From Trypanosoma brucei (taxonomy: Eukaryota), in NCBI GenBank assembly GCA_000002445.1, contig CH464491.1, positions 4,256,001 through 4,320,000 on the forward strand: a stretch of DNA of 64,000 nt. Reading direction: 5' to 3'. Positions 9,996-19,152 of the stretch are shown piece after piece; position 1 is the first letter of the stretch; each line of letters starts with the position of its first letter. Under the pieces are notes generated by a model, which was not told the origin of the DNA, ran no database searches, and saw only the letters and a program-made list of their open reading frames with translations. A program made the translations under genes and the position numbers.

Positions 9996-12900
9996 CTACG
10001 TAACGTTGTTAAAAAGGCTACGCGCGGCCTCATCTACACTTCCATTCGTGCTTCGAAGAGCATTCTTCGCCTTCTCCTTTGAGACGCCAAGTTTCACTAA
10101 CTGCTGCACTTCCGCATCGAAGGACGTCCAACGACCCTTCTCCCCCTTTGGTGGTTTCTCCCTGAGCCGCTCACCCACGTCCTCGCGAAGCAACCGCGCA
10201 GCCGCCTTTTCCACGTCACCACTGTAATGCGTGAGTACAGGCACGACATGACTCCGGGGAAACCCCAAGTCCATCAGATCTCGTATTTTTGTCGTGTAGT
10301 CCGCCGCGGCATGTGCACTATGTTTCGCCTCTAACAGGATAGCACTCAATTGAGTGACGCCAATGCTATCTCGCAATCGATCCAACCTTACACGGGCGGA
10401 TTCTTCCTTCAACAAATGTCGTCTCACAGAGGCAAGTTCTGTTTCCGTCACCCCGTAGCCCCGCAAGACCATCTCGTCACAGCCCGCTAGTCTGTAAAGG
10501 GTGTTAATGCCATTGCGCAGAAACTTCTCAATGATCTGCTGCCGCATGCCGGCCTCATCCATCACACGCGTGAAGGAGAGCGGCAGAGATCCATCAAACC
10601 GCTGCCGTTGCATTTCAAGCAACGCCTTTAGTGATTCCTCACGCTTCGGTAGGAACAGCACGACGTCTCGTATTGTCACTACGCCAATAGACGGAAACAG
10701 AGCAGACAACTCCTCTATCCAATCCATCAGTTCCCTGTTCGTAGCATTTACAGACATCTGCGCCACGCGCCGCGCCTGCTCCTTTCGTTCCAGCTTCAGC
10801 TCCGCTTGACGGCGCTCTTCCACCCGACGTTTCGACTCACGATAAACATAAACCCACCGTCGAAGGAGAGGGACGCACCGACGTAAAAGACAACCCTTTC
10901 GGCGCAGCAGCAACCTCTCAAGTGAAGCCCACACTTCCGCACGGAGAAAGACTTTGGTACGGCCCACAGCGAAATTGGGGGTTGCCCAGTCGTAGAGCTT
11001 TTGATAGACCGCGAGCATAGTCTTCGCCGCTTCTTCAATGCAATGACGCTTGTACAACTCTGCTGGTGACCGCGGCATAATGAGAAAGAAGTACCTGCAA
11101 AAGTCGTGAATGGAGCGGCGCACTGGGTATCCCTGCCGTTTTAGTTTAATGGTCTGCAACAAAGACGTCGATTCCAGTTGATTCGAAACGAGAACGTTTT
11201 CAAACAGGTGTGGACTTGCAGACATGTTGGGTTTAATGCAACGAACGAATTGGGTTTCCGTCAACTCCAACTCCTCTCTCAGTGCAGTTAGTTGATTTTG
11301 AAAACGCAGCCCCACCGTATGTTTTCGATCATTGAGCACTGGGCCGTCAGAAAACAGGGAGCGAATGAACGCATCCGCAGAGTTGCTTACAGTCTGGTAT
11401 ACCTCATGCTTGATGCCATCTGTATTCTTCTCCAGCCAATCCCCTGTGGTGTAGTTCACGAAAGAGGCATAGTGCCTAACACCAAATTGGTTCGGAACGG
11501 TGCTTTTGGGAAGCACAAAGAACGTGTTTAAGGTGCGCCAATGGTCCCATACATTTTGAGTGAAACGCTCCGAGGTTCCAGCTTTGTAGTTGCACTCATT
11601 GTCAAGCAAGGCGAATATACCAAACCTCTTTTGTTCAAACATACCGATGCACTCCGTGTTGTCAGGAAAAGCCACTTCCGGGATACTCACGCCTTCGCTC
11701 TTACACTCTGCCTCGTCATTGAGGAAGGTATATTTGTTATAGTGGTTCTGTAACACATCGTTGGCGTAATTGATGCACAACTGTTCGAAACCATTGGTGG
11801 AAAAATTCTCAAAACCGAAGATGTCAAGAAGCCCAATGTACTTACACTCATTTGTGCTCTCCTGTGGCGCAATTGATGCGTTTACAAGCTTCACGAGGAG
11901 ATCAAACAGCCCAACGTAAATAGCCTTACAAAAGGCTCCACAAAAACCTTCAGCCTCCCTCTTGTTGGCATGAATTGTCACGATGCTCGTACTACTTTTC
12001 ACGAGAAAACACTCACGCAAGAGCTTGGGGTCCACCTGGAGAAGTCCACAGGCTGCTAGAAACGGGCCCTCATCCACTATGCATGCCTTATCATTTTGGT
12101 CTGACGTAAACTCCAATTCCAACAGATGCAAAATGGCCGCAAGTATCTTAAACATGCTTCTCGAAGTATTGTTAGCAATGCCAAGATTAGTGAGCGCCTT
12201 CCGTACTTTACTGAACTCCTCGGCGTCATTCAATGTTTCACCGTCCACACCACGGCGGTCAAATGTGTTGCCAACTCTGAGACATTTGTAGTCAGCCGAT
12301 GTTTTCAAACCACCAAGCTCTGCCTTTTCCTCCGGAGAAAGTCCGGCGAGCATTTCGTAGAAAATGTGGTAATTCCGCTCACCACTAGCCTGTCGAACAA
12401 TGCGGCTCTTTTCCAATAGGTACGTGGACACCTTACCACCCACCATGACTCCGGAGACACTGTCGAAGTAGAGTTTGATGTACTTGCCGAAACGTGATGA
12501 GTTGTGGTTGCGCAAAGTGCGAGCATTGCCAAATGATTCCAGCACGGGATTGCTCCACTCAAGGCTGTCGGAAACTTTATCCGCAACCCGACGTTGCATA
12601 GGGTTACCACTACGCTGATGACTCATCTGGCCGAGGTAGCCGACCAACATTTTGGTCGTCTCCGTCTTGCCACTGCCGGATTCACCGGAGATAACAACAG
12701 ATTGGTTTCTGAGACCTCGTACAATTATTTGAACGTACGCTCTGTGCGCCACTTGCCACACGTGAGGAGGAAGTAGACGCTGGTTCGGTGAAGTGAGGTA
12801 TTTTTCACGGTTTTTGTCAGTGTTAAATGGCATAGGTTGAAATGGATTAACACTAAGCACAACCTCACCCAACAACGAATACTGCAAGTGCAGCTCCTCG

Positions 12901-13175
12901 AAACGCTGTTTGATGCAATGCAGCGCAGGTGCTACGTGGAGGTCGTTCAGATGAAACAAATCGGGATTCTCCGCGTCAAAGGCTTGTGGAATATAGCCGT
13001 GCACCCTCGTGAGTGGGATGGTCTCAACATTCCCACTCGCGGCATCTTCCACTTGCACCTTTCCACTCCCCTCCGGAACCGCCTTTACGACACCGCGGAT
13101 CCACCCCTTCTGTTGCTGCTGGAAATACACCTGCTGCCCCACAACTACGCGTTCGACTTTTTGCTCCGTGGTCAT
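9996..13175 (-). CDS. Myo21: myosin heavy chain, kinetoplastid class XXI-like (motor domain + C-terminal UBA-like domain)
   Basis: Myosin P-loop GESGSGKTETTK, switch II LLDIFGFE, SH3-like N-terminus, IQ-like region (RRKGCLLRRCVPLLRRW), and the C-terminal tail ends in a UBA-like helix bundle (VQQLVKLGVSKEKAKNALRSTNGSVDEAARSLF). 1059 aa, ATG start. Confidence 0.85.
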   Translation of the reverse strand: MTTEQKVERVVVGQQVYFQQQQKGWIRGVVKAVPEGSGKVQVEDAASGNVETIPLTRVHGYIPQAFDAENPDLFHLNDLHVAPALHCIKQRFEELHLQYSLLGEVVLSVNPFQPMPFNTDKNREKYLTSPNQRLLPPHVWQVAHRAYVQIIVRGLRNQSVVISGESGSGKTETTKMLVGYLGQMSHQRSGNPMQRRVADKVSDSLEWSNPVLESFGNARTLRNHNSSRFGKYIKLYFDSVSGVMVGGKVSTYLLEKSRIVRQASGERNYHIFYEMLAGLSPEEKAELGGLKTSADYKCLRVGNTFDRRGVDGETLNDAEEFSKVRKALTNLGIANNTSRSMFKILAAILHLLELEFTSDQNDKACIVDEGPFLAACGLLQVDPKLLRECFLVKSSTSIVTIHANKREAEGFCGAFCKAIYVGLFDLLVKLVNASIAPQESTNECKYIGLLDIFGFENFSTNGFEQLCINYANDVLQNHYNKYTFLNDEAECKSEGVSIPEVAFPDNTECIGMFEQKRFGIFALLDNECNYKAGTSERFTQNVWDHWRTLNTFFVLPKSTVPNQFGVRHYASFVNYTTGDWLEKNTDGIKHEVYQTVSNSADAFIRSLFSDGPVLNDRKHTVGLRFQNQLTALREELELTETQFVRCIKPNMSASPHLFENVLVSNQLESTSLLQTIKLKRQGYPVRRSIHDFCRYFFLIMPRSPAELYKRHCIEEAAKTMLAVYQKLYDWATPNFAVGRTKVFLRAEVWASLERLLLRRKGCLLRRCVPLLRRWVYVYRESKRRVEERRQAELKLERKEQARRVAQMSVNATNRELMDWIEELSALFPSIGVVTIRDVVLFLPKREESLKALLEMQRQRFDGSLPLSFTRVMDEAGMRQQIIEKFLRNGINTLYRLAGCDEMVLRGYGVTETELASVRRHLLKEESARVRLDRLRDSIGVTQLSAILLEAKHSAHAAADYTTKIRDLMDLGFPRSHVVPVLTHYSGDVEKAAARLLREDVGERLREKPPKGEKGRWTSFDAEVQQLVKLGVSKEKAKNALRSTNGSVDEAARSLFNNVT

Positions 13176-13624
13176 ATCAAAACAAGTGGATAAGTTGTCC
13201 CCAATTAAACTATATTTTCCCTTCCCCGCTCTGACTCCACTTGAAATATGACGAACTACAGCAATGAACAGGCACTATAAGCCTCGTCGATCACAACCCC
13301 CTTTTGTACCTTCAGCTCTTCCGACAGCACTGTCTTCGGTAGTTCAGCGCACTATTTGTTAGCACACTCTTTCTTTTCCGACCTAATTCTTTCACAGTTC
13401 GCTCTGTGCAAATTCAGTTCGACGCTACTTGCGTGCTGTTGTTTTTGCTCGTGTCAGGAGAACAATATCAACCTTTCTTTCTTATTTGTGCCTTCCCTGT
13501 CGTATAACCATGTAATGGCGCCAGCAAGAAGAAAGCGTGAAAACAGCAAACAGTAATGCATTTTATTTATTTTATTTTTTTTTGCCCCCCATTCCAAAGG
13601 CATAAAACAATCACACGGATACAG

Positions 13625-13700
13625 CACGAATGGTAGAAAGTGAGGAACAGAAAAAAAAAGAAAGAAGGGTGTAGTAGCAGGTGAATGAAAAAAAAAACAT
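13625..13700 (-). promoter_or_regulatory. polypyrimidine tract (coding strand) upstream of the myosin gene
   Basis: Plus-strand purine run ggaacagaaaaaaaaagaaagaagggtg...gaatgaaaaaaaaaac lies 450-520 nt upstream of the myosin ATG at 13175. Confidence 0.35.
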
Positions 13701-14038
13701 TTGTAGCAATCACGATAAAAGTAACTATAAAGGTGAACAACTAAAGCGCATAGACCATAGATGACTAATCAGCCAACAAACAAAACACCTAAATATATCT
13801 CATCCACACCCTCACAGCATGCAAAAAACAACGTCGGAAGAGGAAATATGTGCTAAGCCAGAAGGACTGACGCTCCTTTAGGGAGAAAAAAAAAGGTGAG
13901 CGGATTATCGACAGCTCAAACCTTTTTGCATGTGGTACCGCTCAATTTTCATAACGACAAGCACTGTTGCTGTGACCACTATTGCGCTTGTGTAAATGCG
14001 CGCGTGGATGCTGCGGAGGGAGTGGACAATACTGCAGA

Positions 14039-14503
14039 TCAGGTGTTTTTATAAATCTTCCCCTTGAAGAAGAGAGCAACGAGCGAGCCAATTGCAACAA
14101 TTGTTAAGAAAATGGGGAAGAAACAGAAAAGCTTCCTCGAGCTTGCATTGCGCTCAGAGGCTTCGGCAATCTGTTCCCTACCCGCAGCGACGCTGTCCAA
14201 CGCAGCAGTTACGTTAACCCTTACGGCGTCAAGGGGCTCCTGCTGCTGTTCCACTAGTAATGCAAAGTCCTCCGCCACCGCCCGCAAATCTTCTACGCCC
14301 TCTTTGATGGCCACAGCCTCCACTAGTTTCTCGCGCTGGATTTGTTCCTCCACACGCATTCCGCCCAAATCTACGTAGCGAAGCAGAGATTGTTTCACAT
14401 CATCCGTTTCTTCTGGGGGGGCGGACCTCCGGGGAATTGGTGGACGCCGGCCCCCTTCGCCGCCACCTGCCAATGAGCGATACTCCGACCGCTGTGAATT
14501 CAT
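14039..14503 (-). CDS. short syntaxin-like Q-SNARE, tail-anchored
   Basis: SNARE heptad region with a Qa-type zero-layer motif FALLVEQQQEPLDAVRVNV followed by a C-terminal TM anchor LFCFFPIFLTIVAIGSLVALFF. Track ORF starts on GTG at 14554. First ATG (MNSQRSEY) is at about 14501-14503, giving 154 aa. Confidence 0.6.
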   Translation of the reverse strand: MNSQRSEYRSLAGGGEGGRRPPIPRRSAPPEETDDVKQSLLRYVDLGGMRVEEQIQREKLVEAVAIKEGVEDLRAVAEDFALLVEQQQEPLDAVRVNVTAALDSVAAGREQIAEASERNASSRKLFCFFPIFLTIVAIGSLVALFFKGKIYKNT

Positions 14504-15150
14504 TACTGCTTGGCGTACTAATTTAACGCTGCCGCCACACAGTCGAATAGACACAAAAGACGATGAGGGAAGAACTCGGTACGAACTTTACACTAAGTAC
14601 TATGATGTCTACCGTTTTGTTTTCTTTCTCCTTTGATTGACAGGCACGTTATATACCTAGTGGGGCTTTCCACAGAGCGACAGCGTGCTGGTACCAAGCA
14701 CAACAAGTGCAATAGGCAGGGAAGCCATAAAAGTGGTAGACCACCAAAAGAGAGGAAAAAAATAAAGTAAATTACTGGAAGAGAGCATAAGCGGAAGGTG
14801 GGGCAACAGAAGGGAGTGAATACGCGATCCTACGCTTATTCAACTCAGCGAGAACTAAATCAAGGGAAGAAGGACGTAAAAACGTATGGCAGAAACTAAT
14901 CCGTAGCAATGCCGAAGGCAATGGAGCGCCGTCGACTGCAGATTCCACCTGTAAAGATACGGTGACTCATAGGTCACCAATAATCAGTGGCTAACAATAG
15001 CCGGCAATGAGTGAGAGAATTTGGCCACATTCTTACAACGTGATAACCTCCCTCCCGCGGGTGCGCATCGTTCCAATTAATTCCCCGCCTCACTCAAGAT
15101 TTGTATCCCTTGGCGTGTAGTATTAGAGACATCCAGAGAGACATGGTACG

Positions 15151-17973
15151 TTACTGTGCTGTTTCTTTCTGCTGCAGGGCCCTGAAGTATGCAGCGTCTG
15201 CTTCCGTGTCTTGCTCATGCCGCTGCCTTACTGCTTCGAGCCACTTGGTGAGGCCCAGCTGTTGCTGCTTAACTGCCATAGCATCTTTCTGCTTACTTAG
15301 CCGAAGCGAAGTTGCTGATGCGCACAGAAGCCGCGCATGCCTCACACGCACAGAGGCAAGAAGTTCCGCTGTTGGTAGCGGGATAGGGATGCTGTAAGCC
15401 ACACGATCGCGACTTAGCTCCTCCTCCATTACCTCTGGCATTTGCCGCTGCCGGTGAAAGGCTTCCTCATCATTGCGGATGGCCAGCTCATCGCTTTTTA
15501 CCGCAATGGTATCACGCACTCGCTGTTCCAGTTGCTGCAACGCAGCGGCATCCAGCGAGTTCTCTGCCTCCAGCAGTTCGTCAGCTGCGGTGAATACAAA
15601 CGGAATGATTACCACCACATCCCCGTCGTCGCCATTCCGTGCTGAATGGGCGTATGCGGTGTTGATACCGCTGGGGGTCGGCGCACTGCCTGGACTACGT
15701 TTCCCTGACCTCAAATGTGGTCTGGCTCGCACAGTGACCAGCTGTTTCCGCTGACGGAGCACTGCACAGGGGCCGTATCGATCTGCAAAACTCACAGGTG
15801 GATTGACAACACCCAGTAGTGTGAAGGGAGTGTCTTTGGCCACCGGCACCGATGATATAACAGCGCTCCGAAGGTCCGTATCGAGCACATGCTGAAGGAT
15901 GGCACCAAAAGCCTGCACGTCATATGGATGTACCACTTGACGTGAAGGATCCAGTACCAAAACTTCTTTACCCTTCGAATAACCTTCCATTGACTCAAGC
16001 GCAGTGACAGGTACGGTGAGGCTCACAACCTCGATGGACGCACGCAGATGACCTGGATGAGATGATGAATGCTCCAAACGGAGCCTTTTGGGGGGTGAAG
16101 GGTTGTCGTTTATTGTATCATTCACCTGGGTTTCGTCGGTTTGGCTGCTAATGGAGGGGATTCGACACTCCACAATGACAGTTTCCGGTGACGCCGGGTT
16201 AACTGCAGTCACCTGCACAATTTTGTCGGAGATGAGAGTGTCTCCAAACGGAACGGGAACGGCGAGATAAAACTGGCTCCCCACCATTTTGAAGGCCGTT
16301 TCAAAAGCTTCGCCAGAGGCCGTTGAACCCGCATCCCCTCTCTCTTTTCCGTGGCCATTGTAGGTGAGGAGAAGTGTGGCGGCCTGCTGCGTTATAGCAC
16401 TCGTAAGAGCGCGGAGAAGCTGTACACCACCGTCCGCCACCAAAACATGCTTGCCGTCCCGCAAGCGAATGAGGTTACGCACCTCACTGAGATCGTCTAT
16501 ATCCACGTGACGACTAATAAACGTACCGTACGCCCCGTCCATTGATGAGTAAAAGTCCGTCGCTTCGTAGTCAACGAACTCAACTCCAGGAAAGTCCGTT
16601 TCCGCGCAAAGTGGCTTGATTACTTTTGTCACATCACAGATGGTCACGCGGCTACCCACAAGGAATAACCCCTGTGACGAAGCCTTCCGCTGCTGATGTG
16701 CACTGCGCTGCACCTCCCTCTTCATACGCTGTTTTGCCTCCTCCGTCTGAATCAAAAGATCACCGAGTACCTTCGCTCGTACCTCACGCTCCAGCCTAAT
16801 ACACGCGGCGCACAGCAACGTTTTATTCTCTAAGCTATGGCCGCAACGCGTTGCCTCAGAGCAGGTGGTGCTGAGCGGGCCGAGACACCGGCAGCACTCC
16901 GTAGGGTACTCAACAGCGCAGGGGAGAAAAGCATCTGCACAACTGCCTTTAAAAACGTGTCGGACCGTAGCGTAAATAGGTTGCAGCGTTGCCTGGTCAA
17001 GACCAATAATAACAGCATGTGAGCATGTAAGTGGCTTCTCGATAACCTCAAAGCAGTTGCACAACTCGCTACAGCTGTGTAAGCATTCATGGCCGCATGG
17101 CATGGCCGTCTGACAAGCATAGGGGCAATTGCTGTGGGATACGCGTGGATGGCACTGTTCCATGCACACATGTTCTTCTCTTTGACACACGAACGGCTTC
17201 AGGCAGAGCCGTCGGCAACCGCGAACAATCGGCACGATACCGTACTCCAGTTGCCGCTGGTCTGCATGACGGGAGCAACAGAGTGGAATACGAGGTCCCA
17301 TCAAGGATGGGAGCTGGGCATCTGCCGGTAGTTTGTCACCTTCATTGAAAGAAATGGATACCAACTCACCCTTTAGCTTCATCACAAGTGCTTTCCACTG
17401 CGGCCACTGAGTCGTAAAACGTGGCGTAGTCCAGCCTACATCGGTGACGAGTATAAAAGCCCCTCCTGCACCAGCAACTGCATCGGCGATGAACTGATCC
17501 TGCTGCATAGCCGCCTGCAAATGCTTTTTAGTGGGTGGCAGTGTTAAGAGGTATATGACTACTTCGTATTGATGTACCATCTTGTCCCTTTTATTCATTG
17601 CTGTGAGTTCATGTGGGGCCAGTAGTGTTGGGAGTGAAACATCATCGGATATACCAGATTGTGCATCATGCGCCCTACCTTGCAGTGCGTGCTTTAGCTG
17701 CGCTCCCAACTTTGTCTTCACGTCGCCTGGGACGATAATAGCCACTTGGGTCAAGTTAGCACCATTGTCATTGAACCAACAGACGAGGTTAACCGTTTTC
17801 TGGAGCTCTCGAGTGCTTCGCTCGCTCTCAACAGTCACTTGATGTGTCCAAAGCCACAAAGGCACCTGCAATCCCATAGACAGCGCTCGCGACCGCCCGG
17901 CATGGCCATTGTAAAAGAAAGCTGTAATGACCTTTTCCAGCGTGGAACTGAACGTGTTGGTTCTCTTTTCCAT
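15151..17973 (-). CDS. hypothetical Cys-rich protein (~940 aa) with a dense central Cys/His cluster (putative multi-zinc-finger module)
   Basis: Central ~170 aa contains more than 30 Cys/His in CxxC, CxH and HxC spacings (CCSRHADQ...CQREEHVCMEQCHPRVSHSNCPYACQTAMPCGHECLHSCSELCNCF...CCRCLGPLSTTCSEATRCGH...CAACIRLE). No Walker A motif. Track ORF begins on TTG. First ATG (MEKRTNTF) is at 17971-17973. Confidence 0.5.
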   Translation of the reverse strand: MEKRTNTFSSTLEKVITAFFYNGHAGRSRALSMGLQVPLWLWTHQVTVESERSTRELQKTVNLVCWFNDNGANLTQVAIIVPGDVKTKLGAQLKHALQGRAHDAQSGISDDVSLPTLLAPHELTAMNKRDKMVHQYEVVIYLLTLPPTKKHLQAAMQQDQFIADAVAGAGGAFILVTDVGWTTPRFTTQWPQWKALVMKLKGELVSISFNEGDKLPADAQLPSLMGPRIPLCCSRHADQRQLEYGIVPIVRGCRRLCLKPFVCQREEHVCMEQCHPRVSHSNCPYACQTAMPCGHECLHSCSELCNCFEVIEKPLTCSHAVIIGLDQATLQPIYATVRHVFKGSCADAFLPCAVEYPTECCRCLGPLSTTCSEATRCGHSLENKTLLCAACIRLEREVRAKVLGDLLIQTEEAKQRMKREVQRSAHQQRKASSQGLFLVGSRVTICDVTKVIKPLCAETDFPGVEFVDYEATDFYSSMDGAYGTFISRHVDIDDLSEVRNLIRLRDGKHVLVADGGVQLLRALTSAITQQAATLLLTYNGHGKERGDAGSTASGEAFETAFKMVGSQFYLAVPVPFGDTLISDKIVQVTAVNPASPETVIVECRIPSISSQTDETQVNDTINDNPSPPKRLRLEHSSSHPGHLRASIEVVSLTVPVTALESMEGYSKGKEVLVLDPSRQVVHPYDVQAFGAILQHVLDTDLRSAVISSVPVAKDTPFTLLGVVNPPVSFADRYGPCAVLRQRKQLVTVRARPHLRSGKRSPGSAPTPSGINTAYAHSARNGDDGDVVVIIPFVFTAADELLEAENSLDAAALQQLEQRVRDTIAVKSDELAIRNDEEAFHRQRQMPEVMEEELSRDRVAYSIPIPLPTAELLASVRVRHARLLCASATSLRLSKQKDAMAVKQQQLGLTKWLEAVRQRHEQDTEADAAYFRALQQKETAQ

Positions 17974-19152
17974 ACCTGCGCCCAACCCACTACAACGCCT
18001 CTGCCTCTAGTCGAAAAGAACAAAATGTGTGCGTACATATATGTGTAGAAGACAGATAAGGGAAGATAACAGATGTTTCAGGGTAATAGAAACGGTAAAG
18101 AAGCGGTTTTTAAGTTGTTTCTTCAGCAAAAAAAAGAAGTTCAGAAAGTGAACAAAATAATAGCAATAGTGCGACATTCATTGACAGCGGTGGGAGCACC
18201 CAAGCACTTTTCCATTCATGCGATCCATGACGGTTTTTTATCCCTGAAGCACGCCTGAGTTTACGATCTTTGAGTGATGGGGCTTGGAGTAAGAAATTAT
18301 TACCTTTTATATTCGACATTACTGTACTACAGAAAAAAAACCTCTATGCATGCGCTGCTCACGCAACCACGTAATAGAAGAGAAACACACACACACACAC
18401 AAAACTGATGATAACCTACCCCAAACGTGAAAACAGTGCGCCCGTATTCCATCACATACCCAGTCAGTTATAACATCTGTTGTGGTTCACCTGCTAACTA
18501 CATCATATTTTTCCGCTCCCGGTTGGTGAGCCCAGACACACGTAACAGCGGTGGCAATGTTTACAACAGCCTTCACGGCATTTCTTCCTAATGCGCTCCC
18601 ATTTTACTTCCTACAATCTCCTATGGATTTGAGAAGAAAAGCTAATTTATTTTTAAACGTTGGCATACGCTTACCCGTTCGGCACCGTTGTCTGACAAGC
18701 CACTACGTTTCAACCGTTCCGGGACGAAACGCAAAACAACACCAGCTTCATTATTACCATTATTATTCGTCGCGATTTCCCTAATGACCACAGGAAGCAA
18801 GGGAAATTGTAAATATGAAAGTCGTACTTACGTGTTTTTAACTGCTCAACAGAGCTGCTGGCACCACCACCCCTCCCCCTCCTTCTCATCCACAACACAC
18901 AATTGGCATCCTCGTAGGTATTTAGCCAACTGAAGGAATTATGTCAATGACACACGCGCATAGGTCTCCTAGCGAGTTTGCCATTCCTTTTCTGAGCCCT
19001 CTTTATTTTATCCCTAAGAGGGTGATGGGCTACGGGAATAAAGAAGGGAAAGAGGGTAGAGGCCCACATTCTGAAAAAAAAGCCTACTACAGAGCGAATG
19101 ATCCCTTGAGCCCTGACTTATTATTTGCTCCTTGCTTCACTTCATATGGTTA

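Noticed and set aside
13141-13193. Apparent 1-nt discrepancy between my base counting and the track coordinates at the myosin start
   Set aside because: Cross-checking against the overlapping plus-strand ORF 12837..13193 showed the slip was mine. The track frame is correct and the myosin starts on ATG at 13173-13175. My hand-read coordinates may be off by 1 nt elsewhere.
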